Source of the DNA: Eledone cirrhosa
Taxonomy: Eukaryota
Assembly: GCA_964016885.1 (NCBI GenBank)
Contig: OZ024747.1
Location: 56,234,001 to 56,298,000 of the forward strand
Direction: 5' to 3'
DNA: 64,000 bases
Shown here piece after piece: positions 25,680 through 39,280 of this stretch (positions are counted from its first letter, which is position 1; the number at the start of each line of letters is the position of its first letter). The notes beneath the pieces were generated by a model. The model saw only the letters and a list, made by a program, of their open reading frames with translations, searched no databases and was not told the origin of the DNA. Both the position numbers and the translations under genes were made by a program.

Positions 25680-27560
25680 TCATCATCAAATCATCCTTTC
25701 TCATTTGTTTTTCCATACTTGCATGTGGTGGATGTGTCTTGTCCAGCACGCCATCCTTCCATTGCATTTCTTTGCTATCTGCATTGTGAGGTTCACTTCT
25801 TATTACCTTTGTCCAGGTACTTTTTAGTTTTCCTTTACTGCAGCTTCTTTTCACTAGCATGTCCTGGCATGTCTTCACCTAACAATCATCATCCATATAC
25901 ATTACATGTCCATATGACCACAGTACTCTCTTTTGCACATTACATTTGATTCCTCTTTTACACAGTTTCTTTCTGAATTCAACCATTTTTCAATTTTCAA
26001 CCATATTAACATCGCATATACATTGAAGCATTCTTGCTTCATTTCTCTCCATATCCTCTGTATTCACTGCCCATATCTCTCTACCATGCAGCATCACATT
26101 TCACACAATGGTATTATAGAGTAAGCCTTTCCTTCAGAGAGAGAAAACCCTCTGTTGTCAACTGGGGTAGTAACCCTTTACATTTCTTTCATCATGTTCT
26201 CTTTCTAGGGACTATATTTTCAGAGCAACCTCATCCTTGGCAAATTAGGTCACCTATTTAACAGAAACAATCAACTACTTCTGTGAAACCTTTTTGGATT
26301 GGGAACATTTTATTTAACTGATGTTCTTACTATTAATTATCCCTGTACATCTGACGCAATAAGGTTTTCTTTTACTGTTAGTTTACCTGCTATTTCACTA
26401 CACCTTTTATGTTTCTCTCATTTACATTACACAGTCACTTTTCCAAGAATGTGTGTGACAAAATATTTAATCCACACATACATGGAAAATAGAGTTTAAA
26501 TGTTTATGGTATCATTATCATTATCATATGCTCATTTGTCCATGCTTGCATGGGTTTTATGGATCTTTTCCAGCACGGCATCACTCGACTTTCATCATCA
26601 CCTCTGTGAGCTTCAATCATTTGAGATCAACTCTCACAACTTCCTTTGCTGGCAGCAGCTGTTCTCACAGACCTAGAAGAATGCATAAAATAATCTAGAG
26701 GTCCAAAAATTTAAAAGTGAGAACTATGGAATGAGGAAGGGGCAGGAAAGGAAAGTATTACATACTAGATGTATGCTTCAGCATGTACAAATAGGAAGGT
26801 AGGTCTTCTGTATTACTGCATAACACCAGAGATCTTGATCCTGTCTCATCGTCTTTGGGAGGTGTATCTTTGCAAGGTCCACTTCTATCACCTCATTACA
26901 AGTCTTCTTAGGTCTTCCTGCTCCATAACTTCCATCAAATTTGACTCTGCAACTTTTTCATGCAGCTGTCATCCTTCATACACATCACAAGTCCATACCA
27001 ACACAATATCCTCTCCTGCACACTGCATCTGATCCCTCATATGCTTAATTTCTCTCTCAGTTCATTTTTGCTGTGCCATTCTTGTATATTACTATTACAC
27101 ATCCATTGAAGCATGCCAGATTCACTTCTTTCCAGTCTTCACTGGTCCTCTACACACAGCACCCAGGTCTCACTACCATGTAATATTGCTGTTTGTATAC
27201 ATGAATCATAACATCTACCCTTCAATGTGAGGGAAAAACCTTTTCATAGTTAGCAGTGGATGTGGATACCTGAACTTATATCATTGCATCCTCAATCTGG
27301 CTACAGTACCATCTGCATAATCATTTACATCGCTATTTTGGTCACCCAAGTAACAGATGCTATCAACTGCTTCTGTGAAACCTTCCAAGAATTTGATAGC
27401 ACTTGTTCCCTGCGAGTGTTTGTTGCTTACAGCTTCTGTGCAATAGCCACAGATAAAACCTATATTCTTAGCTAACCTACCTAAGATCACACTACATAAT
27501 TTGTGTACCCATAGCATACATTTGGGTGAAAAGATGGAATTTCTACTCACCCCTTTCCTT
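25680..27560 (-). mobile_element. Fragmented decayed RTE LINE copies
   Basis: Peptides RNSIFSPKCMLWVHKLCS, ICYLGDQ and KSTWTKVIRSE match the 49.9 kb RTE ORF; interrupted. Confidence 0.7.
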
Positions 27561-27959
27561 TACACACACACACACACACACACATACAGTTTTATGTAAC
27601 ATCATCATCATTAATCATCATTTTAACGTCCACTTTCTCACTTAGCAAGGCTGTATGGGTCTATATAGATCAAGTCAGTACTGAAGCAGAGCTACTGACT
27701 TCCCAGACAGGCCAAGTATCTACATCTGAATTACACGTGGTCTTACATTCTACCGAGTGCGCAGGTGAGGTTGTCTTGTCTTTGACACAACTAAAGGGTC
27801 CTCTCAATACATAAATATATACACTTACAAGTGGTCTTTTTAGCAGAGTTATTGGATCATTATGTATTTATCTAGGTCTCTTTATTCTGAGTTCAAATCA
27901 CAACGTCTAACATTTGCTCACACACACACAAACACATAACAACACATATATATGTATAC

Positions 27960-28007
<48 letters not shown>

Positions 28008-28402
28008 TCTTTATTATATATAGAAATTACCTCTATATGACTAGAATTGTTTCATTCATATGAAATCAGCAGTAATTACTGATCATTTCATACGTATTGA
28101 GTACCTCTTTTTACCCCTAACACAATTTGCGAACCCCTACATATTATGTATATATATATATATATATATGAAAAGATTCAGGACCATGACAGCTGCTCCA
28201 AGTATCAAGTACTCTGATGGCTTATGGTCTAGCTGGTTTTTACCACACCCTATCTGATATATATATATATATGGGGTATGAGTGAAAACCTTGTGACATA
28301 TGACTTAGTATGCAAGTCTTCTCTCACTTAATTCACCATTTTTTTAATATAATCACTTCATAAAATTAATGAAATATAGATTGTAAGCTAAACATTTACA
28401 TG

Positions 28403-28458
<56 letters not shown>

Positions 28459-28650
28459 CAGTGTGTTCACTTTTTACACAAAGATGCATTTGTGAATGTG
28501 GCACGTAAAGCAAATTACATTATTTAAGTCTAATTTTCTGATGAATAAAAATGATTAAAAATAATATTTTTTCAAGAGACGTTAAAGCAAATTCAGGTAT
28601 TTCAAGTTCACATAAAAAGCAAACAGACAGTATATATATATAATTTAATA

Positions 28651-28810
28651 TAGATATGGCTTCTACAGGACTAGAACTGTTTCATTCTTTTGAATGAAAC
28701 AGTTCTAGTCCTATAGACGCCATTTCTAGATTAAACTTGATGTTTACACTCTACTAATGTATTGAGTTCCTTACTAAATAGGGTTACCCACGACTGAACC
28801 TGGCATTCAC
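28651..28810 (+). mobile_element. HHR element family C, fold-back copy
   Basis: GGACTAGAACTGTTTC..GAAACAGTTCTAGTCC palindrome, then ATTAAA and ATTGAGTTCC. Confidence 0.65.
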
Positions 28811-28848
28811 ACATATATTTACACACACACACACAGACACACACACAT

Positions 28849-28966
28849 GAAACGGCTTGAGCTCAGCCGTCGGGGTCTTACTTGTTCCTATTACCCACTC
28901 TACTACCCTAAGTATTGAGTACTTTGGTGCGTTATGGTCCACCTGGTTCCTTACCACATTCCTTCG

Positions 28967-28968
<2 letters not shown>
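28849..28968 (+). mobile_element. HHR element family A, 5'-truncated at GAAA
   Basis: Near-identical to 5897-6017. Confidence 0.8.
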
Positions 28969-29016
<48 letters not shown>

Positions 29017-29243
29017 GGTGTTAGCATTTAGTAAGTCTCTACTAGCTATTAAGCTATCAGTTGATTTGTATGTAGAAACAGATGAGTGAGTGCAAAGGTG
29101 CAGTTACATGTGCAGCTGTTACTGACACACAGACACAGTAGTTTTCATTGCACATATAACTATATTACTTTCACAGTGACAACAAACACACAGACACAGC
29201 TACATACACTAAGTGCAGTGGCACAGTGATACAGCAGTTGCAG

Positions 29244-29320
<77 letters not shown>

Positions 29321-29816
29321 TATCAGTAGCTGGGACCCATGGAAGACGCAGACCCAGGAAGACATGGGATGAGGTTGTGAAAACCGACCTTAAAGAAAGT
29401 AAACCTTTCCACAGAAATGACTAAAGACTACAAGGCTGGCACTAAATGGTGCTGAAGAAGACCCTTCCTGCCACATATAATGTGACCTGACCTACTCCTA
29501 TGTCCTCCTGCACCAGGGAGATGCTGTAAAATGGTTGGTAATTGGAAGGGTTTCCAACCATAGCAAGCTCCCCAAGCAAAGTGTTGTGAGGACCTTTAGC
29601 CATGTCAATGACATAACAACATCCCTAGTGTTTGGTGATAAACATGATAAATGCACCCAGTAGATGCTGTAAAGCAGCTGGTGATAAAAAAGGCCTTCAG
29701 CAATAGAAAGCTTACCAAACAAAGGGTTGAAAGGCCCCTCAGCTATATCATAGACATGACAACCTCTTCAGTACTGACTTTGTCTATGTAGGCCCGTCCA
29801 ATCATTGCTAGTATTT

Positions 29817-29846
<30 letters not shown>

Positions 29847-29848
<2 letters not shown>

Positions 29849-30368
29849 AAATACGTATTTAAGAAAGCCACAACAATGCAAAGGGAAATCTCGAGGTAGG
29901 AAGTGAAATATAGATAGGAAAAACAGGTGAAAGTGAAAATTGAGAGAGACAAAGATGAAAACAAAACAAAGGTAGAAGGGTTACCGTAGTAGAGATTTAA
30001 TCCCAATATTTCGGGCTCACGCCCATCAACGGGGGAAAAGTTCCAAAAGGGGGGAAACAGGCCAAGCGGAGAAAGTTGTGATGTCTTAACGACATCACAA
30101 CTTTCTCCGCTTGGCCTGTTTCCCCCCTTTTGGAACTTTTCCCCCGTTGATGGGCGTGAGCCCGAAATATTGGGATTAAATCTCTACTACGGTAACCCTT
30201 CTACCTTTGTTTTGTTTTCATCTTTGTCTCTCTCAATTTTCACTTTCACCTGTTTTTCCTATCTATATTTCACTTCCTACCTCGAGATTTCCCTTTGCAT
30301 TGTTGTGGCTTTCTTAAATACGTATTTTACACATTTCACAATGCTTCAAGCAAACTTTAACACCCTCT

Positions 30369-30369
<1 letters not shown>
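29847..30369 (+). mobile_element. HHR-like element family H, long palindrome plus tail
   Basis: Arms 29847-30085 and 30091-30329 with loop TTAAC. Tail 30330-30369. HHR-like motif at 30140-30175. Confidence 0.8.
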
Positions 30370-30403
<34 letters not shown>

Positions 30404-30410
30404 ATATATT

Positions 30411-30873
30411 TATTGGTAAAAGGAAAATAAAATGCTGACAAATTGTTCCCAGTGAAAAATAGTTTAATTAGGAATAAGTAAAAATTAGTAATAGTATCGG
30501 TTAGTATTCAGTTTTGGCTTTAAGTTTTTACCGGTTGCGCATTTCTAATGCTTTTCAAAAATAATTTTGAGATAGAGCGCCCGTGATGTTTGCTCTAATC
30601 TAAAATAAATTTGAGATAGAGCGTCCATGATGTTTGCTCTAATCTACAGATTAGAGCAAACATCACGGGCGCTCTATCTCAAATTTATTTTTGAAAAGCA
30701 TTAGAAATGCGCAACCGGTAAAATTTAAAACCAAAACTGAATACTAACCAATACTATTACTAATTTTTACTTATTCCTAATTAAACTATTTTTCACTGGG
30801 AACAATTTGTCAGCATTTTATTTTTATTTTACCAATATATCATAATTCGTGTGTTACACCTCTATTCTTTTAA

Positions 30874-30874
<1 letters not shown>
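30411..30874 (+). mobile_element. HHR element family I, fold-back plus tail
   Basis: Palindrome centred at 30646-30647; left arm has a 44-nt internal duplication. Tail 30841-30874. Homologs at 48334 and 61045. Confidence 0.8.
30688..30723 (+). ncRNA. Variant hammerhead motif (U3-A8, A13C), family I
   Basis: TTT-TTGAAAA-GCATT-AGA-AATGC-GCAA-CCGG-TA-AAA. Confidence 0.5.
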
Positions 30875-30907
<33 letters not shown>

Positions 30908-31123
30908 CGTTTCTGAATTTGTTTAGCAAGATTCTTTATCTGAAAACGTATGTTGAAACCGATATTGTTATACTTTGGGAGGGTCATGTTCCCAATAATA
31001 AACACATGCACCAGTTGCTTTCACTCCAATTTATTATAAATTAAATTATAAATTTAAGAAATTTATAAGAAATTTATAAATTTCCAGTTGGTTGGTTCCA
31101 CAAATGGACGGTTGTTCATATAT

Positions 31124-31168
31124 TGTCAAAGTTCTTTCGTCACACATTCTGTGACATCATCAGTGACA
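31124..31168 (-). ncRNA. Type I hammerhead ribozyme motif, family F
   Basis: TGTCA-CTGATGA-T-GTCACA-GAATG-TGTGAC-GAAA-GAAC-TT-TGACA. Confidence 0.8.
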
Positions 31169-31602
31169 GGGGATTCTTTTCTTTGTTTTGTGCTTGTGTG
31201 TGTGTGTGTGTGTATGCTGTTCAAACCCAAACCCTCACCTCTTGGCAGAAATCTTTTCTACATAGCTTCAGGTTGACCCAAAGCTTGTATTGGGAAGGGA
31301 ATCCAACCATAGAAGGCTTGCCAAGCAAAAGGTTGGGAGGACCCATCTGTTCTGTCAAGGACACAACAGCCTTCCTAGTGTTGGTTCATCTACACAATAT
31401 TCATACCTACTACATGCTGTAAATGGGTGGTGATAGGAAGAGCTCCCAGCTATAGAAAGCTTACCAAATGAAGGTTTGGGAGGACCCTTCAATTATGTCA
31501 AATCCATGACAACAGAAAACACAAGGTAGACATGGAAAAATAGATTTTAATTCCTTGAAACAGAACTGTAAAGCCATAATCTAGTTTGTTGAATGAAGCT
31601 CA

Positions 31603-32220
31603 ATTAATAATTGTTTCTACTTTAGGCACAAGGCCAGCAATTACCCAGTGCATTACTGGTACTTTATTTTATCGACCCCGTAAGGATGAAAGGTAAAGTC
31701 AACCTCGGCGGGATTTGAACTCAGATCGTAAAGGGACGTTCTGATTTAGGCACAAGGTCAACAATTTTTGGGGGTAGGACAAAGTTGATTAAATTGACCT
31801 CAGTTTGTTACTGGTACTTTATTTTATCAACCCCCCATAAGGATGAATTGCAAAGCTAACCTCGGCAGGATTTGATCTCAGAACGTAAAGGCACGAAACT
31901 ATATGCTGCAAAGCATGTCTACTGCTCTACCAATACTGCCAATACAGTGCACCTGAAGGTCAATTAATAATTGTTTCTTATATTTTTAATGTGAACACAT
32001 ATGTGATTGTGTACACAGTATGGAATAAGAGACAAGGCCAGTAATTTGAGGGGAGGGGAAAGTCGATTAAATTGACCCCAGTGCGTGACTGGTACTTTAT
32101 TTTATCGACCCCATAAGGATGAAAGGCAAAGTTAACCTCGGCGGGATTTGAGCTCAGATCATAAAGAGCCGTAAAGCATGGCATCCGACCCTCTACCAAT
32201 ACTGCCAATCCACCGCCCTC
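31603..32220 (-). mobile_element. Three SINE family 1 copies
   Basis: Repeated CGACCCC(G/A)TAAGGATGAAAGG..AACCTCGGCGGGATTTGA-like units. Confidence 0.85.
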
Positions 32221-32255
32221 AAGGTCAATTAATAATAGCAACAAGGACACACTAA

Positions 32256-32560
32256 AAATATTGCATAGGAATTACTAAAGGAATTTTTAAAATCAGATTC
32301 AACAAGCATAGAGTATTTTTATATATAGCCAATAATGAAGGATGAGAAAACTAACAATTTTAACATTGCTGAGTGTATAAGAAACACAAAAACATTTGCA
32401 GCTATGATACAAGTTTTGTAATGAATATGTTACAAGGAAAGTTTGCATTTTGCATAAATCAAGGATTCAATTATTTAAATATGATAGCTGAAATTTTCCC
32501 TAAATGCAGAATAATATTTATAAAGTGGAAATATATTAACAAATTTAAATTGAGTGATGG
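32256..32560 (+). pseudogene. Decayed Penelope-like GIY-YIG endonuclease C-terminus
   Basis: KYCIGITKGIFKIRFNKHRVF followed by YLNMIAEIFPKCR..NKFKL. Resembles the YIGxT..FKxRxxxH and LNxRxE....CRHxNK patterns of Penelope-like element ORF ends. Confidence 0.55.
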
Positions 32561-32868
32561 AACCCAACTTAATGCAAAGTATTTACTGTTTGTGGATGTA
32601 TGTACTTAAGGCAACACAAGATCATTCTCACTCAACATTACAAGTTTAAAAGAAAATTGAGGACATGCTACCATAGATAATCAGTTACATAAAACATCCA
32701 TGGCAGTTATAACAATCACCCAAATTTAAAGAATGGTCTGTTAAGCAAGAGAATTCATGTCATGTAAAAGTAATATCCATACATATACATATAGCATGGA
32801 AAATGGACGTTAAACGAAGATGATGATGATGATGATATATATATATATATATATACATTCATATATTC

Positions 32869-32899
<31 letters not shown>

Positions 32900-32912
32900 A
32901 TACATTCATATA

Positions 32913-32949
<37 letters not shown>

Positions 32950-33927
32950 ACACACACATATATATAGATATGTACATATATATATCATTCTTGTCTCTTA
33001 TTCCATACTGTGTACACAATCACATATGTGTTCACATTAAAATATGCATATGCATATATACTTTTATCTGTAAATATGTTCATATATCTATATATCTATA
33101 TGAGTTAGGGGTATGATTGCATATATCTATCAAAGCGCAAATACTTACACAGACTTACACAGACCCACTCGCCCTTATAACATAATACACACAAAAATAA
33201 ACATACGTACATTCATATATATATCGAAGTAAAGGTGTAACCATTTCCGTTCTGATTTATCAACCACTTCCTTACAAGATTATAGGTGCCAATAACTTGT
33301 CATTCCTGCCATTTGTACCATTCTTTAAGAAATCAAACATGGTGCTAGTAAGCTGGGTAGGATTGGTAAAGTGTCAATATTCTTAACACCTTGTCATCTG
33401 TCTCCAAGATAGTTTTGAAATATATTTCTATTAGTTGGAGACAACATAGGAAATATTAAAATACAACCTCTTTCTATAAGAACCTCCCCCCTGATGGTCT
33501 TATTGGTCTTTTGAAATTATTGTGTATACAAAAATAACATGTGCTTATGTTTATGTCTTTGTATGTGTATGTGTCGGTGTTGGTGTGTGTGTATGCATTA
33601 TTTTTGCACACGTGCATTTAAGAAGAAATATACAAACATATATATATATATACAATTGTGGGTGTATGTGTACATATGTACGAATGTACATATGTATATA
33701 TACATATATCATACCTAATAAATATACATTATATATGTTTATCTATATAGATGTATGTGTATGTATATTTATAGATGCTTGTATGCATATATATATATAT
33801 AGGGAAAAAGCAGACGTAAAATGAAATGATGATAATGATAATGATATATATAATATGTATCTATATGAATACATATATATATTTATTTAGTGAGGCAGTG
33901 TATATATATATATATATTTTTTTTTTT

Positions 33928-33961
<34 letters not shown>

Positions 33962-34904
33962 TAAGGAAATAGATACATTATATTAGAGAGAATGATATCA
34001 TCATAACATTAGTAATACACCACAAAACAAAGATTTGTTTTCTATTTTTTGCCTGCCAAAAATGTCTGCCTTTTCCAAGAAAAATGAAAGGTTCATCTTA
34101 ATTTCCTCCTAGTATCAGGACAAAATCTATAATGACTGATCAGAAAATGATCAAAGATTGAAAACAATGAAATTAGTTCCATTTTCTTTTAGCATTTGGC
34201 AAAACATTAAGATGTTATTTTGATGATAAGAATAAGAATTCTATCTGAAAAAGAAACATCGCCAATGTGATTTCACTTGAAATAGTTAAAAACTAATCAT
34301 AGCAAATTAATTAAGGATGATTATGGATAGAGAATTAATTAAGTGAATACCACACACCAAAAATAAACAAAGGCGATGAAAATATAAAATAAAATCAATA
34401 GATAAAAATTAATCAGAGAGCGATGTGAGAAAAGTAAAGATTTTGTTTGAAAGCAAAAATAAAAGTTGAAAAGAAAGTATTATTTCAAATGTAAGTTGTT
34501 ATTGATGTAACTGTTTAGCCCTAGGTCAGACCTGGTTGAGCAGAAGTATGATCACAGGCAGTAATAAATAAAAAAAATAATCAGAAAATTAGAGAATGAT
34601 TAGGGAAAATAAAAGTTTTTGTAAGAACAAATATAGAAATTGAAGTGAAAATATTCTTTGAAATGAAAGTTATAATTGTTGATGTTGGTGTTGTTGTTTA
34701 ACCCTAGGATGGCCCTTATTGTGCAGAACTGTAGTTTATGAAATTCATTAAAGCTTCAAGTAATCTATATCACCCTTTTAAATAAAACTATAATAATCTA
34801 CAACATTAAAAACATTTGTACCAAAAACTTTTGAATGGTGATCTTAGTCCACTCAGTATCAGAAGCAACAAGCTTCTGCAGTTTCCATTTATCAATTTTC
34901 ATTT

Positions 34905-35240
34905 GGAGTAATGTTACTCAATAGAGTGCAGAGCTCGATGATCAGAGAGTCACTCCAGGTAGAGCCGCTACTTCTCCAAATTGAGAGATCACAGCTCTGA
35001 TACTATGGGTATGTGGTTAGAATGTCTCAGGAAAGAATTGGTGAACTGTTTTTATGGGCAAAACCAACTGGCAGGAAACCCAGGGGTAGACTCTGAGCAA
35101 GATAGTTGGATAACATCCATGAGCTTGGCTGGTCACGCTTGGGGATCCAGCCGGATCAGTTGGAGATGGTTGCTTCTGACAGGACTTACTGGAGGGAGTG
35201 TTTGAGGACTCTGCACTCACAACCCTCTCAAGAATCAGTG
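34905..35240 (+). mobile_element. Decayed RTE-type LINE 3' end
   Basis: WLDNIHELGWSRLGIQPDQLEMVASDRTYWRE; homologous to 2165-2500. Confidence 0.65.
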
Positions 35241-35502
35241 GCAGAAGAAAATAAGAAGAAGCAGAAGAAGGAGGAGGAAAAGAAAAAGAAGACTTACATG
35301 GCATTGATCAACTCAAATCTATAGTAGGTGGCATTGAGTGAGAGTGAACCCGAAATCATGTGGTTGCAAAATAAACTCCTTAACCATATATGAGTGTATA
35401 CATACATCAGCATTATCCTTCTCCTCACCATTTTCCCCTCAAGTATTTAATTATGGCATAGGTTGGATAGGACATTTTGGGGTATTAATTAGAAAAGATA
35501 TT

Positions 35503-35689
35503 AGGCGGTGGATTGGCAGTATCGGTAGAGGGTCGGACGCCATGCTTTGTAGCATAGAGTTACCTCCCTTTATGATCTGAGTTCAAATCCCGCCGAGGTT
35601 GACTTTGCCGCTCATCCTTACGGGTCGATAAAATAAAGTACCAGTAATGTACTGGGGTAATTGCTGGCCTTGTGCCAAAAGTAGAAACA
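35503..35689 (+). mobile_element. SINE family 1 with 19-nt TSD
   Basis: ATTAATTAGAAAAGATATT at 35484-35502 and 35690-35708. Confidence 0.9.
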
Positions 35690-36134
35690 ATTAATTAGAA
35701 AAGATATTGTATATGCTTTCAAATAGACAATATGATTGGGCAAAGAAGAAGAGATTTTAGGGTAGTGTTCGATGGCAAGATGCTATCCTGATGCCAACCC
35801 TTTCTGTCACCATATATAACATAGTGAACCTATTCTAAAAGTTGGGTTCATATACTATATGCATCTACAGCTATATATTCAGATATACATGAGTATAATG
35901 CATATACATACCTATTGATGTAACCATCATAATGATTACACAACATTTGAGTCAGTACATCTAGAAGAGTATATATATCATCATCATCATCATCATTTAA
36001 ACGTCTATCTTCCATGCTAGCATGGGTTAGATGGGAGTTGTCACACTTGAGGTAAGATTGGTCAGGTATGTATACATATATATATTTATATATACGTACA
36101 CACATACATATATATGTATACACACACACACACA

Positions 36135-36241
<107 letters not shown>

Positions 36242-37066
36242 AGAAAGAAAGAAAGAAAGAAGGAACGAAAGAAAGAAAGGGAGAGAAAGAGTGAGGTGGT
36301 AGGAAATATAAATTCATAGCAGATACATATATGTGAAGACTAACATTTCAAATATGCATTAATTATAACAATGATGATGACACAATTAAATTTGATACAT
36401 TTCTAACAATAACATTTCAACTAACACATCAACGTATAATTAATTTGTAAACATATCTTCACTAATGTTTTCTTAATGACAGAAGAGTTTATGAACTTGA
36501 GTCTACTCTTATAGAAATGGATTAATGTCAAAATAGAAAACTAAAGAATACTTTACGAGAGTAGAAAATATCATCATCATTTCATATATACTTTCACTTT
36601 TTCCACAAGCATGGGTTTGACTAAGGTATTGCATTGGAAGAGTCATTAGAACATGAGATAGAATGTTCTGTTATTCATTCAACTCTCAGCATTCAGGTTT
36701 CAAATTCCACCATGGTCAGCTTTGCCTTTCATCATTTTGAGGTCGGTAAATAGATTAACACGCATATCATAGGGTTGCACCTAGAAAGTTTGCCTCCATG
36801 GCACAAGCCTGGGCAAGGTTTGTTTGTGGAAGACCAGCAGTTGCCCATGCATGCCGGTCTCCCATATCCATGCCACCAATGTTGTCCAAAGAAAAGTCAA
36901 TGGCCAATGCAGCACCAGTGCTATTGCAACACATTTCTACTGCTGAGTAAACTAGAGCAACGGGAAATAAAGTGTTTTCCTCAAGGACACAACAACACAT
37001 CACCTGGTCCGAGAATCAACCTCTCAATTGTAAGTCCAATGTTCTAAACACTAAGCCCTGTGTCTT

Positions 37067-37102
<36 letters not shown>

Positions 37103-37486
37103 CATCATCATTTAACATCCACGTTCTCTGCTAGCAAGGGTTGGATATATAACTTTGATAAACTTTGGACAGGTTTGGTCTAGGCTGCATGTAACTTAAT
37201 AGCACTACCTGGCAAAGTTTTGTAAATCATGTTTAATATATATTAATCATACTTTGGACATCATAGGTCACACAAATATGCAATTGTTGCTAGTAGAAAC
37301 ATTCTACATGGTTTATCTGGAGTTTCTTACCCAGGAACTATATAACTTAGCAAAGTCAGTTGAGGAAAATAAATCTGTCGTAATTTTATGTAATGGGAAC
37401 TCGAATTTTGTTGGGGCCAAATGACATGGGGTCCACGCATCATTTGGGCAATATTGCTGGAATATTTTCTACATTATACAAATATA

Positions 37487-37539
<53 letters not shown>

Positions 37540-37656
37540 AAATATATATGTGTGTATATGTATGTATGTGTGCATGTGCACATATTTATATATATATATA
37601 TTATAAGTGTGTGTGTGTATATATATACATATATATATATATTATTAGTGTGTGTG

Positions 37657-37706
<50 letters not shown>

Positions 37707-38006
37707 AGAGGGGTGGGGGTGCATATATATGATAGATCTGATCATATTTTCACTCTATGGAAGTTTCATACTATATGAGAAGAGTAGTTTGAACGATTAA
37801 AGAATATTATATCACTAGAATTCACCATATATATATTCTCTAGAGTTATTTTACACTATAGAGATCTTTGCTAAGTCAATTACTACTAGAGTATGTTTTC
37901 AATTCGATTGTAAACTCCATTCACATAATTACAATATATATTCATATGAATACATATCATCATCATCATTTAATGTCTATTTCCCCTGCTAGCTATATAT
38001 ACACAA

Positions 38007-38067
<61 letters not shown>

Positions 38068-38069
38068 AG

Positions 38070-38111
<42 letters not shown>

Positions 38112-38239
38112 CACAAGTATATATATATATATATACACAAGTATATATATATATATATATACACAAGTATATATATATATATATACACAAGTATATATAT
38201 ATATATATACACAAGTATATATATATATATATACACAAG

Positions 38240-38289
<50 letters not shown>

Positions 38290-38296
38290 AAAATAT

Positions 38297-38327
<31 letters not shown>

Positions 38328-38453
38328 AAAATATATATATATATATATAAAAATATATATATATATATATAAATATATATATATATAAAAATATATATAT
38401 GTAGATATATTATATAGTATGTGTGCATTTGTATGTATGTATTTATACATATA

Positions 38454-38532
<79 letters not shown>

Positions 38533-38900
38533 CTGCTTTCACCCTTAACGGGATTTTCTGAAATTAATATATATATTGTGAATCTATAATATATATATAT
38601 ATATTATAGATTACACATATGCCTATACACACAAATATATTTATTTACTTGTATAAAATTGTTGATTTACTCCTTCAGTACTCAACATTTAATGTGATCC
38701 AGTGTGCAGTCTCTATGGGAGTGAATTGAATCCCCTGCCAAATAAAGCCCAAATAATTGTATCAGATGAAACCCCAACTAATTTCAGAATGAATCATTGA
38801 CTTTATACAAATATATAAACTCTACTGTATGCAGGGCTCTATTACTCATAATGCTGCATAAGCTGAGGCCTATAGACATGGCTAGAATTTGAACACCAAT

Positions 38901-39280
38901 AATCTTTCCTGTAGTGCAGTGTAAAATTAGGGTGCCTGAAGGAGCCCAAGTACCTGAAACTTTAGGGACTCTTTCATGGTTTAATATGGACTTGAGTTGA
39001 GTATTCCTTCTTCTTATTAGTGTACTAAATATAACATTATATACATACATTTATACACACATTATATACATGCATTATAAACATACCTATAATCTTTCCT
39101 GTAGTGCAGTGTAAAATTAGGGTGCCTGAGGGAGCCAAAGTACCTGAAACTTTAGGGACTATTTCATGGTTTAATATGGACTTGAGTTGAGTATTCCTTC
39201 TTCTTATTAGTGTACTAAATGTAACATTATATACATACATTTATACACACATTATATACATGCATTATAAACATACCTAT
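38901..39280. repeat. 190-nt tandem duplication
   Basis: AATCTTTCCTGTAGTGCAG starts at 38901 and 39091; few mismatches. Confidence 0.9.

Noticed and set aside
29847-30329. Palindromes as MITEs or assembly artefacts
   Set aside because: One-sided tails, variable centres, solo arms, reused endpoints and arm mismatches in most copies argue against both. The perfect copy still needs read support.
30434-30470. CTGACAA-ATTG-TTCC-CAGT-GAAA in family I
   Set aside because: C3/A8 mismatch and no helix I; antisense to the better-supported motif.
37998-38240. Regularly spaced CACAAG repeats (CRISPR-like look)
   Set aside because: Spacers are pure TA; this is an interrupted microsatellite in eukaryotic DNA.
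38529-38562. CAGAAAA-TCCC..GGGT-GAAA-GCAGC-TA (minus)
   Set aside because: Two core mismatches and no helix I; unsupported without homologs.
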